Assembly (NCBI GenBank): GCA_963422265.1
Contig: OY729416.1
Span: 352,001 to 416,000, forward strand
Length of the DNA: 64,000 nt
Reading direction: 5' to 3'
Source of the DNA: Thermodesulfobacteriota bacterium
GTDB lineage: Bacteria > Desulfobacterota_D > UBA1144 > Nemesobacterales > UBA2774
Shown: positions 21,700-30,005 of the stretch, in pieces
Position numbering within the stretch: the stretch's first letter is position 1
Layout of the letters: every line of letters begins with the position of its first letter
Translations under genes and position numbers: made by a program
The notes under the pieces: model-generated
What the model saw: the letters and a program-made list of their open reading frames with translations, nothing else
The model's database searches: none
Told to the model about the DNA's origin: nothing

Positions 21700-22654
21700 A
21701 GTTAATGAAACCAACAAGAGAACCGCCATCGTCGCTTTCGGGGGTAACGCTCTTATGGGAAAGGATGGAAATAGCCCCTACGTTGAGCAGATGAGGAAGA
21801 CCGATGTTATGTGTAATAAGCTCCTAAGCCTTTTTAACATGGGTTATAGAGTATTGATTACCCATGGTAATGGACCTCAGGTCGGCAATTTCCTAATGCA
21901 GCAAGAGAATCTAGCTGCAAACGTTCCTCCTCTACCGCTTGACGCATGTAACGCCATGACCCAGGGGCAAATCGGTTATATGATTGAGCAAAGTCTCAGA
22001 AATACGTTCACAAGAAACAAGATAAACAAGCCAATAATCGTTTTGATAACACAGATTGTTGTTTCAGAAGATGACCCTGCTTTTAACGAGCCTACAAAGT
22101 TTATAGGACCGTTTTTTAATAGGCAGCAAAGTGAGAAGCTAAGTAGAGAAGAAGGATGGCTTATGAGAGAGGACTCGGGGCGTGGATACAGACGTATTGT
22201 AGCTTCCCCTAAGCCAATAGATATAATAGAAAAAGAAGAGATAATGGAAATGACAAATAGAGATTTTGTCGTCATAGCTTGTGGCGGGGGAGGAATTCCT
22301 GTGGTTCGTGATAAGAGAAATATGCTTAGGGGCGTGGCAGCTGTTATTGATAAGGATTTTGCTGCCGAAAAAATAGGTAGCTACATGAGAGCAGAAGTTC
22401 TCTTGCTCGTTACGCCCGTCGAGCAAGTGGCAATTAATTACGGGACTCCTAAGCAAAAAGATTTATCTAAAGTTACGCTTGAAGAAGCGGAGCACTATCT
22501 CTCAGAAGGGCATTTTGCCCTGGGAAGCATGGGACCTAAAATTGAAGCTGCTATACAATTTATTCGTTCAGGTGGGGATAAAGTAGTAATAACGTCTATT
22601 GACAATATAGAATCAGCAATAAACGGAGGAGCGGGAACGGAGATAACCCGATAA
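21692..22654 (+). CDS. arcC: Carbamate kinase
   Basis: GGNAL, THGNGPQVG, PTKFIG, GGGGIPV, VIDKD, GSMGPK. Confidence 0.95.
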   Translation: MNKVNETNKRTAIVAFGGNALMGKDGNSPYVEQMRKTDVMCNKLLSLFNMGYRVLITHGNGPQVGNFLMQQENLAANVPPLPLDACNAMTQGQIGYMIEQSLRNTFTRNKINKPIIVLITQIVVSEDDPAFNEPTKFIGPFFNRQQSEKLSREEGWLMREDSGRGYRRIVASPKPIDIIEKEEIMEMTNRDFVVIACGGGGIPVVRDKRNMLRGVAAVIDKDFAAEKIGSYMRAEVLLLVTPVEQVAINYGTPKQKDLSKVTLEEAEHYLSEGHFALGSMGPKIEAAIQFIRSGGDKVVITSIDNIESAINGGAGTEITR

Positions 22655-22680
22655 GCGTACGAGGATTTATGGGACGGATG

Positions 22681-22710
22681 TTCATCTCCTTATTTCGAAA
22701 TAGGAATGAA
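22681..22710. other. Imperfect inverted repeat centred on the palindrome TATTTCGAAATA, between arcC and the next promoter
   Basis: TTCATCTCCTTATTTCGAAATAGGAATGAA; possible terminator or protein-binding site. Confidence 0.35.
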
Positions 22711-22725
22711 GGAGTCTAAAAAAGA

Positions 22726-22758
22726 TTGAACTTACTCTCTGTTTATAATATAATGAAC
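22726..22758 (+). promoter_or_regulatory. Promoter TTGAAC-N17-TATAAT overlapped by imperfect palindrome GTTTATAATATAATGAAC
   Basis: Perfect -10 at 22749-22754 with 17-bp spacer; palindrome 22741-22758. Confidence 0.65.
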
Positions 22759-22870
22759 TAAAAGGGGTTTTTGATCTAAACGCTTGAAATGAAAAGTATA
22801 GAAGTTTTTAACGGCGGCGGTGTTTTTTTTGCAAATTAGCAAATAATATATAGATAGGAGGTATTGTGCT

Positions 22871-23362
22871 ATGGCGGTAGATAGAATAAAGGCCGATAGG
22901 CCAGAAGTAGGAAAACCTTTGGTTAACTACGAGGAAAAGCTTTTCCCCGATCATAAGGCGAGAGAGGGAGAGAAGGCGCTGTTCCTTGTGCACTCAGTTC
23001 CTTACGAAGGTTCAGTAGCAGGTATCAATATGCTAACTGCCATAAGGACGAAGAGAAAGGGATACGACACGAAGGTTCTTTTCTATGGACCTGCATCGGC
23101 GATACCTGTATATAGAGGTTGGCCGAACGTAGGAGACGACGGTTACGGAGCGGGTATTCAGCTTTATCCCAATCTTGTAAACAGGATGCTAGGTGAAGGT
23201 ATAACGGTTTATGCCTGCCGTTTTTCGGCGGCGGCTCTTCTAGGTATGAACGAGTCAAGCTTTATTGAGGGTGTAATACCTATTCACCCAACTGATATAT
23301 TAGATATTGTAATAGAGCATCATAGAGCGGGTGCATTGGTGTTTAATACTTGGACTATGTAA
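22871..23362 (+). CDS. MSMEG_0572/Sll0783 (NitB-like) DsrE-fold protein
   Basis: LVxYEEKxF.D.KA..GEKAL..HxVxYEGS, RKGYxT, YACRF, C-terminal NTWT. Confidence 0.88.
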   Translation: MAVDRIKADRPEVGKPLVNYEEKLFPDHKAREGEKALFLVHSVPYEGSVAGINMLTAIRTKRKGYDTKVLFYGPASAIPVYRGWPNVGDDGYGAGIQLYPNLVNRMLGEGITVYACRFSAAALLGMNESSFIEGVIPIHPTDILDIVIEHHRAGALVFNTWTM

Positions 23363-23478
23363 ATTTTAGCGCTCGTCTTTATCGATAACCTGCGGATAAG
23401 CTAAGCAACTTATGCTGAAGCACGATAATCCGTTCTTATTTATGGTTTGCGCATAAATAAACTCTGGGGGGGGGTAAG

Positions 23479-24609
23479 ATGGACTCAAGGACCCTTAAAG
23501 TAGAGTTGCAGAGTCGTGGTCTAAGGATTGCTGACACAAAAAACATTAGGAGAGGCGGGGCTGGTCCTACAGGTGGAATACATTTAAGGATTCTTCCCGA
23601 CAGCGAGGCGAATATTCCAGTTGTAGGAGACTTTGTTAATTCTTCTCCCTACTACTTGGATCAAATCAACGGTGAGCACTGGATATTCAAAGATGAAGTC
23701 GCTTTGGCTCAGGTAGAGCCTATGGGCAACGGCAAGTTCACTGAACACAAAACCTCAATGGGCGTGCCGATGCAGAAGGTTGGCATACTTCACTGTCCAA
23801 CCACCTTTGCCACTACGCTTCTTCAGACCTGTGATTTCTGGCAGGACGAGAGGAGATGCAAGTTTTGTGGTATAGAACTTACGTTGAGAGACAGAAGCAC
23901 GGTTGGATTTAAGAATGCAAGGAGCCTTGTTGAAACAATATCAATCGCTAAGGAATTGGACGGCATATCAAATATCGTATTTACTTCGGGAGTAGCACCG
24001 GATGAGGAGAAAGCTCTGAAAAAATACGCTGAGATATGCTCTGCGGTAAAAAAGGCAACCGAGCTACCAATTCAGTTACAGATTATTCCTCCGGATGACT
24101 TTGCATGGTTTAAGAGGCTAAAGGATTCCGGCGTAGATGCGCTTGGCATTCATATTGAGACCTTTGATCCGGAGGTCTTTGAAAAAATAACGCCCGGAAA
24201 GGCAGGTATAGGCTTTGACAGATATGTAGAGGCTTGGAAGGAAGCCGTTAAGGTATTCGGGAGATGGCAGGTGAGCACTTACGTCCTTGTGGGGATGGGT
24301 GAGAAGTTAGAAACGGTGATGGAGGGCGCGGAGCTGTGCGCTGAGATAGGGGTTTATCCATTTATTGTTCCTTTCAGGCCGGTAGCGGGCACTCCAATGG
24401 AGAATATGAAGCCCCCTAGCCCGGAGACTATGGACTACGTCTATACGGAGGCGGCAAAAGTGCTAGCTCAATATGAGCAGGCATCTAAGAGCAGCCTAGC
24501 AGGTTGCGTCAGTTGTGGTGAGTGCTCTGCGCTTCCTGATTTTGAGAGGGTAGCGGTTAAAAGTAACGTAAAATTCAGAAAGTTCACTAAACGGATGAAA
24601 TTAAGTTAA
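23479..24609 (+). CDS. Radical SAM protein, MSMEG_0568/Sll0785 (NitD-like) family
   Basis: RRGGAGP, ATTLLQTC-X8-CxxC, PGKA, QVSTYxLxGxGE, YPFxVPFxP, C-terminal GCxxCGxCS. Confidence 0.9.
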   Translation: MDSRTLKVELQSRGLRIADTKNIRRGGAGPTGGIHLRILPDSEANIPVVGDFVNSSPYYLDQINGEHWIFKDEVALAQVEPMGNGKFTEHKTSMGVPMQKVGILHCPTTFATTLLQTCDFWQDERRCKFCGIELTLRDRSTVGFKNARSLVETISIAKELDGISNIVFTSGVAPDEEKALKKYAEICSAVKKATELPIQLQIIPPDDFAWFKRLKDSGVDALGIHIETFDPEVFEKITPGKAGIGFDRYVEAWKEAVKVFGRWQVSTYVLVGMGEKLETVMEGAELCAEIGVYPFIVPFRPVAGTPMENMKPPSPETMDYVYTEAAKVLAQYEQASKSSLAGCVSCGECSALPDFERVAVKSNVKFRKFTKRMKLS

Positions 24610-24639
24610 TTAAAAGTTTTTTAAGGGGTTAAAAGCTAT

Positions 24640-25971
24640 ATGGCTAAAGTGAAAATTGTTGTTATCGGGGGTGGTGCAGGTGGAATCTCTGCGGCATCTA
24701 CGTCTAAGGGTCTTCTACCTAACGCCTCGGTTACCTTGTTTACTGAATTTGAAGACGTTGCGTATAGTCCTTGCGGAATTCCTTTTGTTCTGGGTAAGGA
24801 AATACCTAGCTTTGAAAATCTCTTTCTTCAAACATCTGAGCATTATGCAAAGATTGGCATTGATCTTAAGCTCCAAACCAGGGTTACAGGGATAAATCTT
24901 GAAAATAGGACGGTAAGCGTAGGCTCTCAGACGTTTGAATGGGAAAAGCTCATAATAGCGACTGGGTTTGAATACGACGAGCCAGATATCCCTGGCATTC
25001 ATCTTAAAGGAGTTAAATATGTAAAGAATATTAGAAGAGCAATGGAGTTTGATAAAGAACTTGAAAATATGAAAAGGGCGATTGTCACGTGTGCGACCCC
25101 CCTTGGTATAGAAATGGCTGGAAACCTTGCGCACAGAGGGCTTGAGACTCATCTAGTTGACGAAGGAGCATGGCTTATGTCAGAGGTTGCTGACCCTGAT
25201 ATTATGGAGCCTGTTAAGGAATCCCTCGAGAAGATGGGTGTACAGATTCATTTCGGCACAAAGGTTCTTGAATTTCAAGGCTCTAGTGGAAAAGTCAATA
25301 GAGTTGTGACGAGCGAGGGTGAAATAGGTGCTGACGTAGTTGTGATCGCATCGCATAAAAAGCCGAATAACCGTCTGTCACGAGAAGCCGGGATAAGTCT
25401 GGGGGCAACCGGCGGTATAGTAGTTGACGATCACATGCGAACTTCAGTGGAGAATGTTTACGCGGCGGGTGACTGCACGGAGATTATTCACGGCGTAACG
25501 GAAATACCGATACAGGGGCTTTCGGGAAGTCATGCCTACTCACAGGGACGGGTTGCGGGTGCAAACGCCGCAGGACAGAACCGTTCATACGATCCAGTTT
25601 TTATTCCATGGGGCATGGTTGGAGGACAGGTTCAAATTGGTGGTGTATCAATGGGAGAGACGCTTCATAAAGCACTCGGAATACCTCATATCGTTGCCTA
25701 TTCAGTGGGAATATCAAGAGCAAGATATTACCCAGGGGTTACCAGGATACGGGTAAAGCTCATAGCTGACCCCAAGACTGGTCGCGTATTGGGTGCTCAG
25801 ATGGCTGGGGGAGAAGGGATTAAAGAAAGGGCTGACTTCTTAGCCTTTGTCATTAAGCGTGGAGTGACTATTGACGAGCTCGCTTGGATGGAGAACGTAT
25901 ATTCACCGCCTATAGGGGCGTTAATGGAACCAATTGCTTTGGCAGCCCAGGCGGGGCTAGGCAAGCTATGA
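24640..25971 (+). CDS. FAD-dependent disulfide oxidoreductase, CoA-disulfide reductase/NADH oxidase-like
   Basis: GGGAGG, YSPCGIP (single redox Cys), ATG, VYAAGDC, YSPP; NAD(P)H GxGxxG motif degenerate. Confidence 0.85.
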   Translation: MAKVKIVVIGGGAGGISAASTSKGLLPNASVTLFTEFEDVAYSPCGIPFVLGKEIPSFENLFLQTSEHYAKIGIDLKLQTRVTGINLENRTVSVGSQTFEWEKLIIATGFEYDEPDIPGIHLKGVKYVKNIRRAMEFDKELENMKRAIVTCATPLGIEMAGNLAHRGLETHLVDEGAWLMSEVADPDIMEPVKESLEKMGVQIHFGTKVLEFQGSSGKVNRVVTSEGEIGADVVVIASHKKPNNRLSREAGISLGATGGIVVDDHMRTSVENVYAAGDCTEIIHGVTEIPIQGLSGSHAYSQGRVAGANAAGQNRSYDPVFIPWGMVGGQVQIGGVSMGETLHKALGIPHIVAYSVGISRARYYPGVTRIRVKLIADPKTGRVLGAQMAGGEGIKERADFLAFVIKRGVTIDELAWMENVYSPPIGALMEPIALAAQAGLGKL

Positions 25972-26030
25972 TATTCATAATTGATAATCATATTCTGAAC
26001 TTTTATACTGCTGGCTTGTGGAGACCATAA

Positions 26031-26279
26031 ATGGCATTCGGGCAATGGTTGAGAGAGAGTGCTGAGAGATACCTGCTTCAGGCAGCTAGCGATGAAATGA
26101 TTTCTCAATATCCGGGATGCTGCGCCAAACCCTATAGAGATGGTCAATCTCAATCTTTTTTCTGGCGGAAGATATTTGTGCCCGCGTATTTGATAATTCC
26201 TTGGAGTCTCCGCAGGAGGCTGATTATCTACTCTTCATATTCAGGTAGGAAGCGTCCACAATGGAAAAAATATACTTAG
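26031..26279 (+). CDS. Small hypothetical protein (82 aa) inside the operon
   Basis: SD ggaga before ATG; fills the gap between co-oriented genes; Trp/Arg-rich amphipathic C-half; GCC motif. Confidence 0.65.
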   Translation: MAFGQWLRESAERYLLQAASDEMISQYPGCCAKPYRDGQSQSFFWRKIFVPAYLIIPWSLRRRLIIYSSYSGRKRPQWKKYT

Positions 26280-26301
26280 AGGGCTTGGCATCACACGTAG
26301 T

Positions 26302-27360
26302 TTGCCTAATTTACCGTATAGAATACTAGCGCGAGTTACTACGCTTCCCACTCAAATGAAAAGAGAAGATAAAAGGCGTTCCTATAATGTGCAGGCGGGG
26401 TTTATTGGATGTAAGGTTATTCCTGCGTTGCATAGGTCTTATAAGAATTTATGCGTTCATAGTATATTTAACCACGCTTTATATTTAAGTACTCAAGATC
26501 ACGTTTTAATCAAAGTGATAAAGGATAAAGATTATCTGAGCCCTACTTCTTTAGCGTTAAGAGGGGCCGGTGATTTCAGTTTTAACTTAGCCCAGGTGGA
26601 GCAAGGAACGGAAATCATATTTAACGAGAATGGACTTACCTCTAAAGGCAATCTTTTTACAATTGATTTTAAGGGGGCTTCTACCTACGACTCACCCCGG
26701 TTTTCTACAAAGTGCAAGAAATTGAGCGTAGAAGAAATCAGTTTAAACCTTAGAATTTTGCAGGATGTAAGCTATACGTGCCCGTCAAAAGAAGGACTAG
26801 TTCCTCTCTTAGAAAATGTTGAGTTATACGGACCTCTCGAAGTGTTTGCGCGAAAACAGAAGCCAACCTTATCCGAAAATTCCAGACCTTATATAGATAT
26901 GCTAATGTGGGGGCTATATGGGAGAGACGTCGGCATGGCAATGAGGGGTGCGGGAGCGATTATCGGACTCGGACCCGGGCTTACTCCTTCGTGTGATGAT
27001 TTCTTGACAGGTCTCATTCTAAGTCTCAATTTGGGAGGACCCGTTCTTTTTAGAAACGAGACGATTACAGTCGATTTCTTTAAGAGAGTATCCAAAGAAA
27101 TTTGTATGGTGGCTCGGAACAAAACAACTATCTATAGCCTGAACTCACTAAGAGAAGCGGTGATTGGGGAGGGAACTAACAATGCTGTCGAGCTTATTTA
27201 CGGCATCATTGCAGAGTGCCCTAAACGCGTGGCAGATTTGTCAAAGAGGCTAGTTAAGATGGGGGAGACTACTGGAGCCGATATGGCTGTTGGAATCTGC
27301 TATGGAATTAGGTTGTTGACTTCAATTATTGAACTCAGAGAATTAAATGAATACGCATAG
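26302..27360 (+). CDS. DUF2877 protein (YlbF/AllH/YahE family)
   Basis: IGLGPGLTPSxDDFLxG and G.TTGAD...G motifs; start may be ATG 26356. Confidence 0.88.
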   Translation: MPNLPYRILARVTTLPTQMKREDKRRSYNVQAGFIGCKVIPALHRSYKNLCVHSIFNHALYLSTQDHVLIKVIKDKDYLSPTSLALRGAGDFSFNLAQVEQGTEIIFNENGLTSKGNLFTIDFKGASTYDSPRFSTKCKKLSVEEISLNLRILQDVSYTCPSKEGLVPLLENVELYGPLEVFARKQKPTLSENSRPYIDMLMWGLYGRDVGMAMRGAGAIIGLGPGLTPSCDDFLTGLILSLNLGGPVLFRNETITVDFFKRVSKEICMVARNKTTIYSLNSLREAVIGEGTNNAVELIYGIIAECPKRVADLSKRLVKMGETTGADMAVGICYGIRLLTSIIELRELNEYA

Positions 27361-28519
27361 AATAGCCCTCCTGACATATTCTACAAAACCTAGAGGTGGC
27401 GTTGCGCATACTTTGTCGCTTGCCAAAAGCCTTGCATCCCTTAGGCATAAAGTGGGTATTTATGCCCTTTCGTCAGGGGAGGATTTCTTCAAGCAGGTTG
27501 GCGTCCCCTATACGCTTATTCCATGTCCTAAAAGGAGTTATGAGAGCGTTGAAGAGAAGGTGAAAGACTATATAAACGTATATACGGAATATCTAGCTAA
27601 TAATGAAAAAATCTACGATATTTACCATGCAGAGGACTGCATTTCAGCAAATGCCCTTTTTAATTTGCGTGAAAGGGGAATCATTAAATTTTATGTGAGA
27701 ACAATTCATCATATAGACGATTTCACTTCAGAATCTCTCATAGATTGTCAACTGAATAGCATACTCAAGCCTGACTATTTAATAGTTGTCAGTAAGTTCT
27801 GGCAGCGTGTGCTCAGAGCTAAATACTCTTTAAGTTCTAACGTTATAAATAATGGGGTTGAAGTAGAGAAATTCAGGTGCAATGAGAAGGCGGGATCAAA
27901 AGAGATTGCTAAGGGAAAGTTCTCTGTTGAAGGTAAAAAAGTAATGTTGAGCATCGGGGGGATTGAACCTCGTAAGAATACTATTACCGCTCTTAGGGCT
28001 TTTAATATTGCCAGAGCCTATTTTAAGGCAAAAGGTGAGAAGCTCATATGGATTGTAGGTGGAGGTGAAACCCTTTTTGATTACAGGGGTTACCGTGAGG
28101 AATTTTACTTAGAAATTGATAAATTAAATCTGCTGTTGGATAGAGACGTTATTATACTTGGAAACGTGCCCGATAGCTCAATGCCTTTTCTATATGAAGC
28201 ATCAGACGTTTTTGTATTTCCCTCTCTTAAGGAAGGGTGGGGGCTCGTTGTCCAAGAAGCAATGGCGTCAGCAGTTCCTGTAATCGCTTCGGATATAGAG
28301 CCTATGACGGAGTATTTGAAGAATGGAGACAACTCAATTCTCATTGATCCTATGGACTATAAAACCCTAGCTAATGAAGTTATAAGAATTATTGAAAACA
28401 AGGAACTAAGAACAAGGATTATAAACAAGGGCAAGGAGACTGCTCAGGCGTATAGCTGGAAAAGCGCAGCTCTGAAACACTCCCGGTACTATTCGGATAT
28501 ACTATCATTTAATGTTTGA
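27347..28519 (+). CDS. GT4 glycosyltransferase, MSMEG_0565 family
   Basis: TYSTKPRGGVxHTL, HAEDCISANA, RTIHHIDDF, GGIEPRKN, GGETLFDY, FPSxKEGWG. Confidence 0.9.
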   Translation: MNTHRIALLTYSTKPRGGVAHTLSLAKSLASLRHKVGIYALSSGEDFFKQVGVPYTLIPCPKRSYESVEEKVKDYINVYTEYLANNEKIYDIYHAEDCISANALFNLRERGIIKFYVRTIHHIDDFTSESLIDCQLNSILKPDYLIVVSKFWQRVLRAKYSLSSNVINNGVEVEKFRCNEKAGSKEIAKGKFSVEGKKVMLSIGGIEPRKNTITALRAFNIARAYFKAKGEKLIWIVGGGETLFDYRGYREEFYLEIDKLNLLLDRDVIILGNVPDSSMPFLYEASDVFVFPSLKEGWGLVVQEAMASAVPVIASDIEPMTEYLKNGDNSILIDPMDYKTLANEVIRIIENKELRTRIINKGKETAQAYSWKSAALKHSRYYSDILSFNV

Positions 28520-28528
28520 AAGGGAATT

Positions 28529-28927
28529 ATGATAGAAGCAAAAGCCGTATGGAAGAAAAATTATCAGGTAGAGGTTAAGGCAAGACAATTTAATATAGAC
28601 GTTGACGAAGCACCTATGTTTCATGGGGATGATACTGGTATGATGCCTACAGAATTGTTTCTATCCTCGGTGGCTACGTGTTTTTGTCTTGCGCTTGTGT
28701 ACGTTGCTAGGAAACAGAACGTTGAGCTAAGTGATTTGAGAGTTAACGTAACCGGAGAGGTAAATACGAAAAACTGCACGTTTACCAGATTATTCATAAA
28801 AGTAGGGAGTTCTCTCGCTACTGAAGCATTGGAAGAGATGATAAGTGCCGCAAAGAAATACTGTTACGTTAGCAACACGGTCAATAGGTCTTGTCCCATA
28901 GAATATGATATGATAAGTGGCGTCTGA
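28529..28927 (+). CDS. OsmC/Ohr-family protein
   Basis: DE...G.DxGxxPxE...xxxC and KYCxVSxT two-Cys pattern. Confidence 0.88.
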   Translation: MIEAKAVWKKNYQVEVKARQFNIDVDEAPMFHGDDTGMMPTELFLSSVATCFCLALVYVARKQNVELSDLRVNVTGEVNTKNCTFTRLFIKVGSSLATEALEEMISAAKKYCYVSNTVNRSCPIEYDMISGV

Positions 28928-28949
28928 GCTTAAAGGAATGTGTGGTTTG

Positions 28950-29402
28950 ATGCGAAAGGTTATAATCAAATACGGCTACTTCCAGGATTCTCTAAGGCTA
29001 ATGCGCGTTTCAACAGTATTCAGACAAAGAAGCGGCGTAAAGAACGCGGTCGCAGTTATGGCAACGGAGAAAGCGAAACACGTGCTTGAAGACACGGGTC
29101 TTATAACGGATGAGGTTAGGGAGGCAAACGGCAGTGATTTGGTATTGGCGGTAGAGGCTAAATCCAATGAAATTGCCGAACGGGTGATAGGAGAAATGTT
29201 CAAGGAGATTTCAGCGGGTTTGCAAGCGAGCGAGGAAAATACACCTGACTTATTAAAAGATGGGCTCAGGGTTATAAACGTTGGTCTTGACGTGTTTAAG
29301 GATGCGCTTGAAGATCAAGGCGTGAAAACGGTGCACGTTAAGTGGGAAGTGCCAGCAAAGGGTGACGAAAAGATTATTGGTATTTTGAAGAAGATGTGTT
29401 AG
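28950..29402 (+). CDS. Mini-FdrA: duplicated FdrA N-terminal domain fused to FdrA C-terminal tail domain
   Basis: N-half FQDSLRLM...VMATE...DLVLAV matches 20140 FdrA N-terminus; C-half VINVGL..F..AL..QG....HV.W..PA.G. Confidence 0.8.
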   Translation: MRKVIIKYGYFQDSLRLMRVSTVFRQRSGVKNAVAVMATEKAKHVLEDTGLITDEVREANGSDLVLAVEAKSNEIAERVIGEMFKEISAGLQASEENTPDLLKDGLRVINVGLDVFKDALEDQGVKTVHVKWEVPAKGDEKIIGILKKMC

Positions 29403-29438
29403 CTGCGAGTTGGAAGCAGCATAGTGTAGGTGTGTAAG

Positions 29439-30005
29439 ATGAGCATACGAAAACCTGAAAGACTAAAGGACGTGCTCTCAGACCCGCAAGGGCTCGCAAG
29501 GGCATTTTCAAGGCATACTTACGGTATGCTTGTATGGGTAGATTTGTTTGGCTATAAAATTCAATTTATTGAGGATGTTAGCCTCAGAGCCATTGTTACT
29601 AGAATAATCGCTGATAATGCTAAGCACGCGAAACTCTTTGCGAATAGGGCAAAGGAGATGGGGGAAACCCCCGAGGCTTATAATCCTCCTGAGATAGGTC
29701 AAAGAATCTATAATATACTTAGAAACTATGTTAACGTGTTTGATGATTTTGCTTACGCGTGGGGAGCGCTAATACATTTTTCAGCTTTGCTTGACTTGTA
29801 TAGTAGCGTTGCGGATCCCCGAAGCCGCGACGTTATCCTGCAAGTTCAAACTGACGTCATAGTGCATTTGGTGCATCTCGAACGATATTTTGCGGTGAAT
29901 GCTAACACGCAGGAAAAAAGGAAGCGGGTACAGGAGATAAAAGCGATAGTAGATAGCGCATATTCCGATAGAGAGGATGAGGAGATAAAATGGTATGCGT
30001 TGTAG
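29439..30005 (+). CDS. Ferritin-like four-helix-bundle protein with degenerate metal ligands
   Basis: Twice-repeated helix pair ending DNAKH and DVIVH (D/ExxH-like). Confidence 0.55.
   Translation: MSIRKPERLKDVLSDPQGLARAFSRHTYGMLVWVDLFGYKIQFIEDVSLRAIVTRIIADNAKHAKLFANRAKEMGETPEAYNPPEIGQRIYNILRNYVNVFDDFAYAWGALIHFSALLDLYSSVADPRSRDVILQVQTDVIVHLVHLERYFAVNANTQEKRKRVQEIKAIVDSAYSDREDEEIKWYAL

Noticed and set aside
22817-22834. Possible sigma54 promoter (GG-N10-GC, TTGCA) upstream of nitB
   Set aside because: Spacing fits but the -24 element (CGGTGT) is a poor match to TGGCAC; no enhancer-binding protein is in the window and a good sigma70 promoter lies upstream
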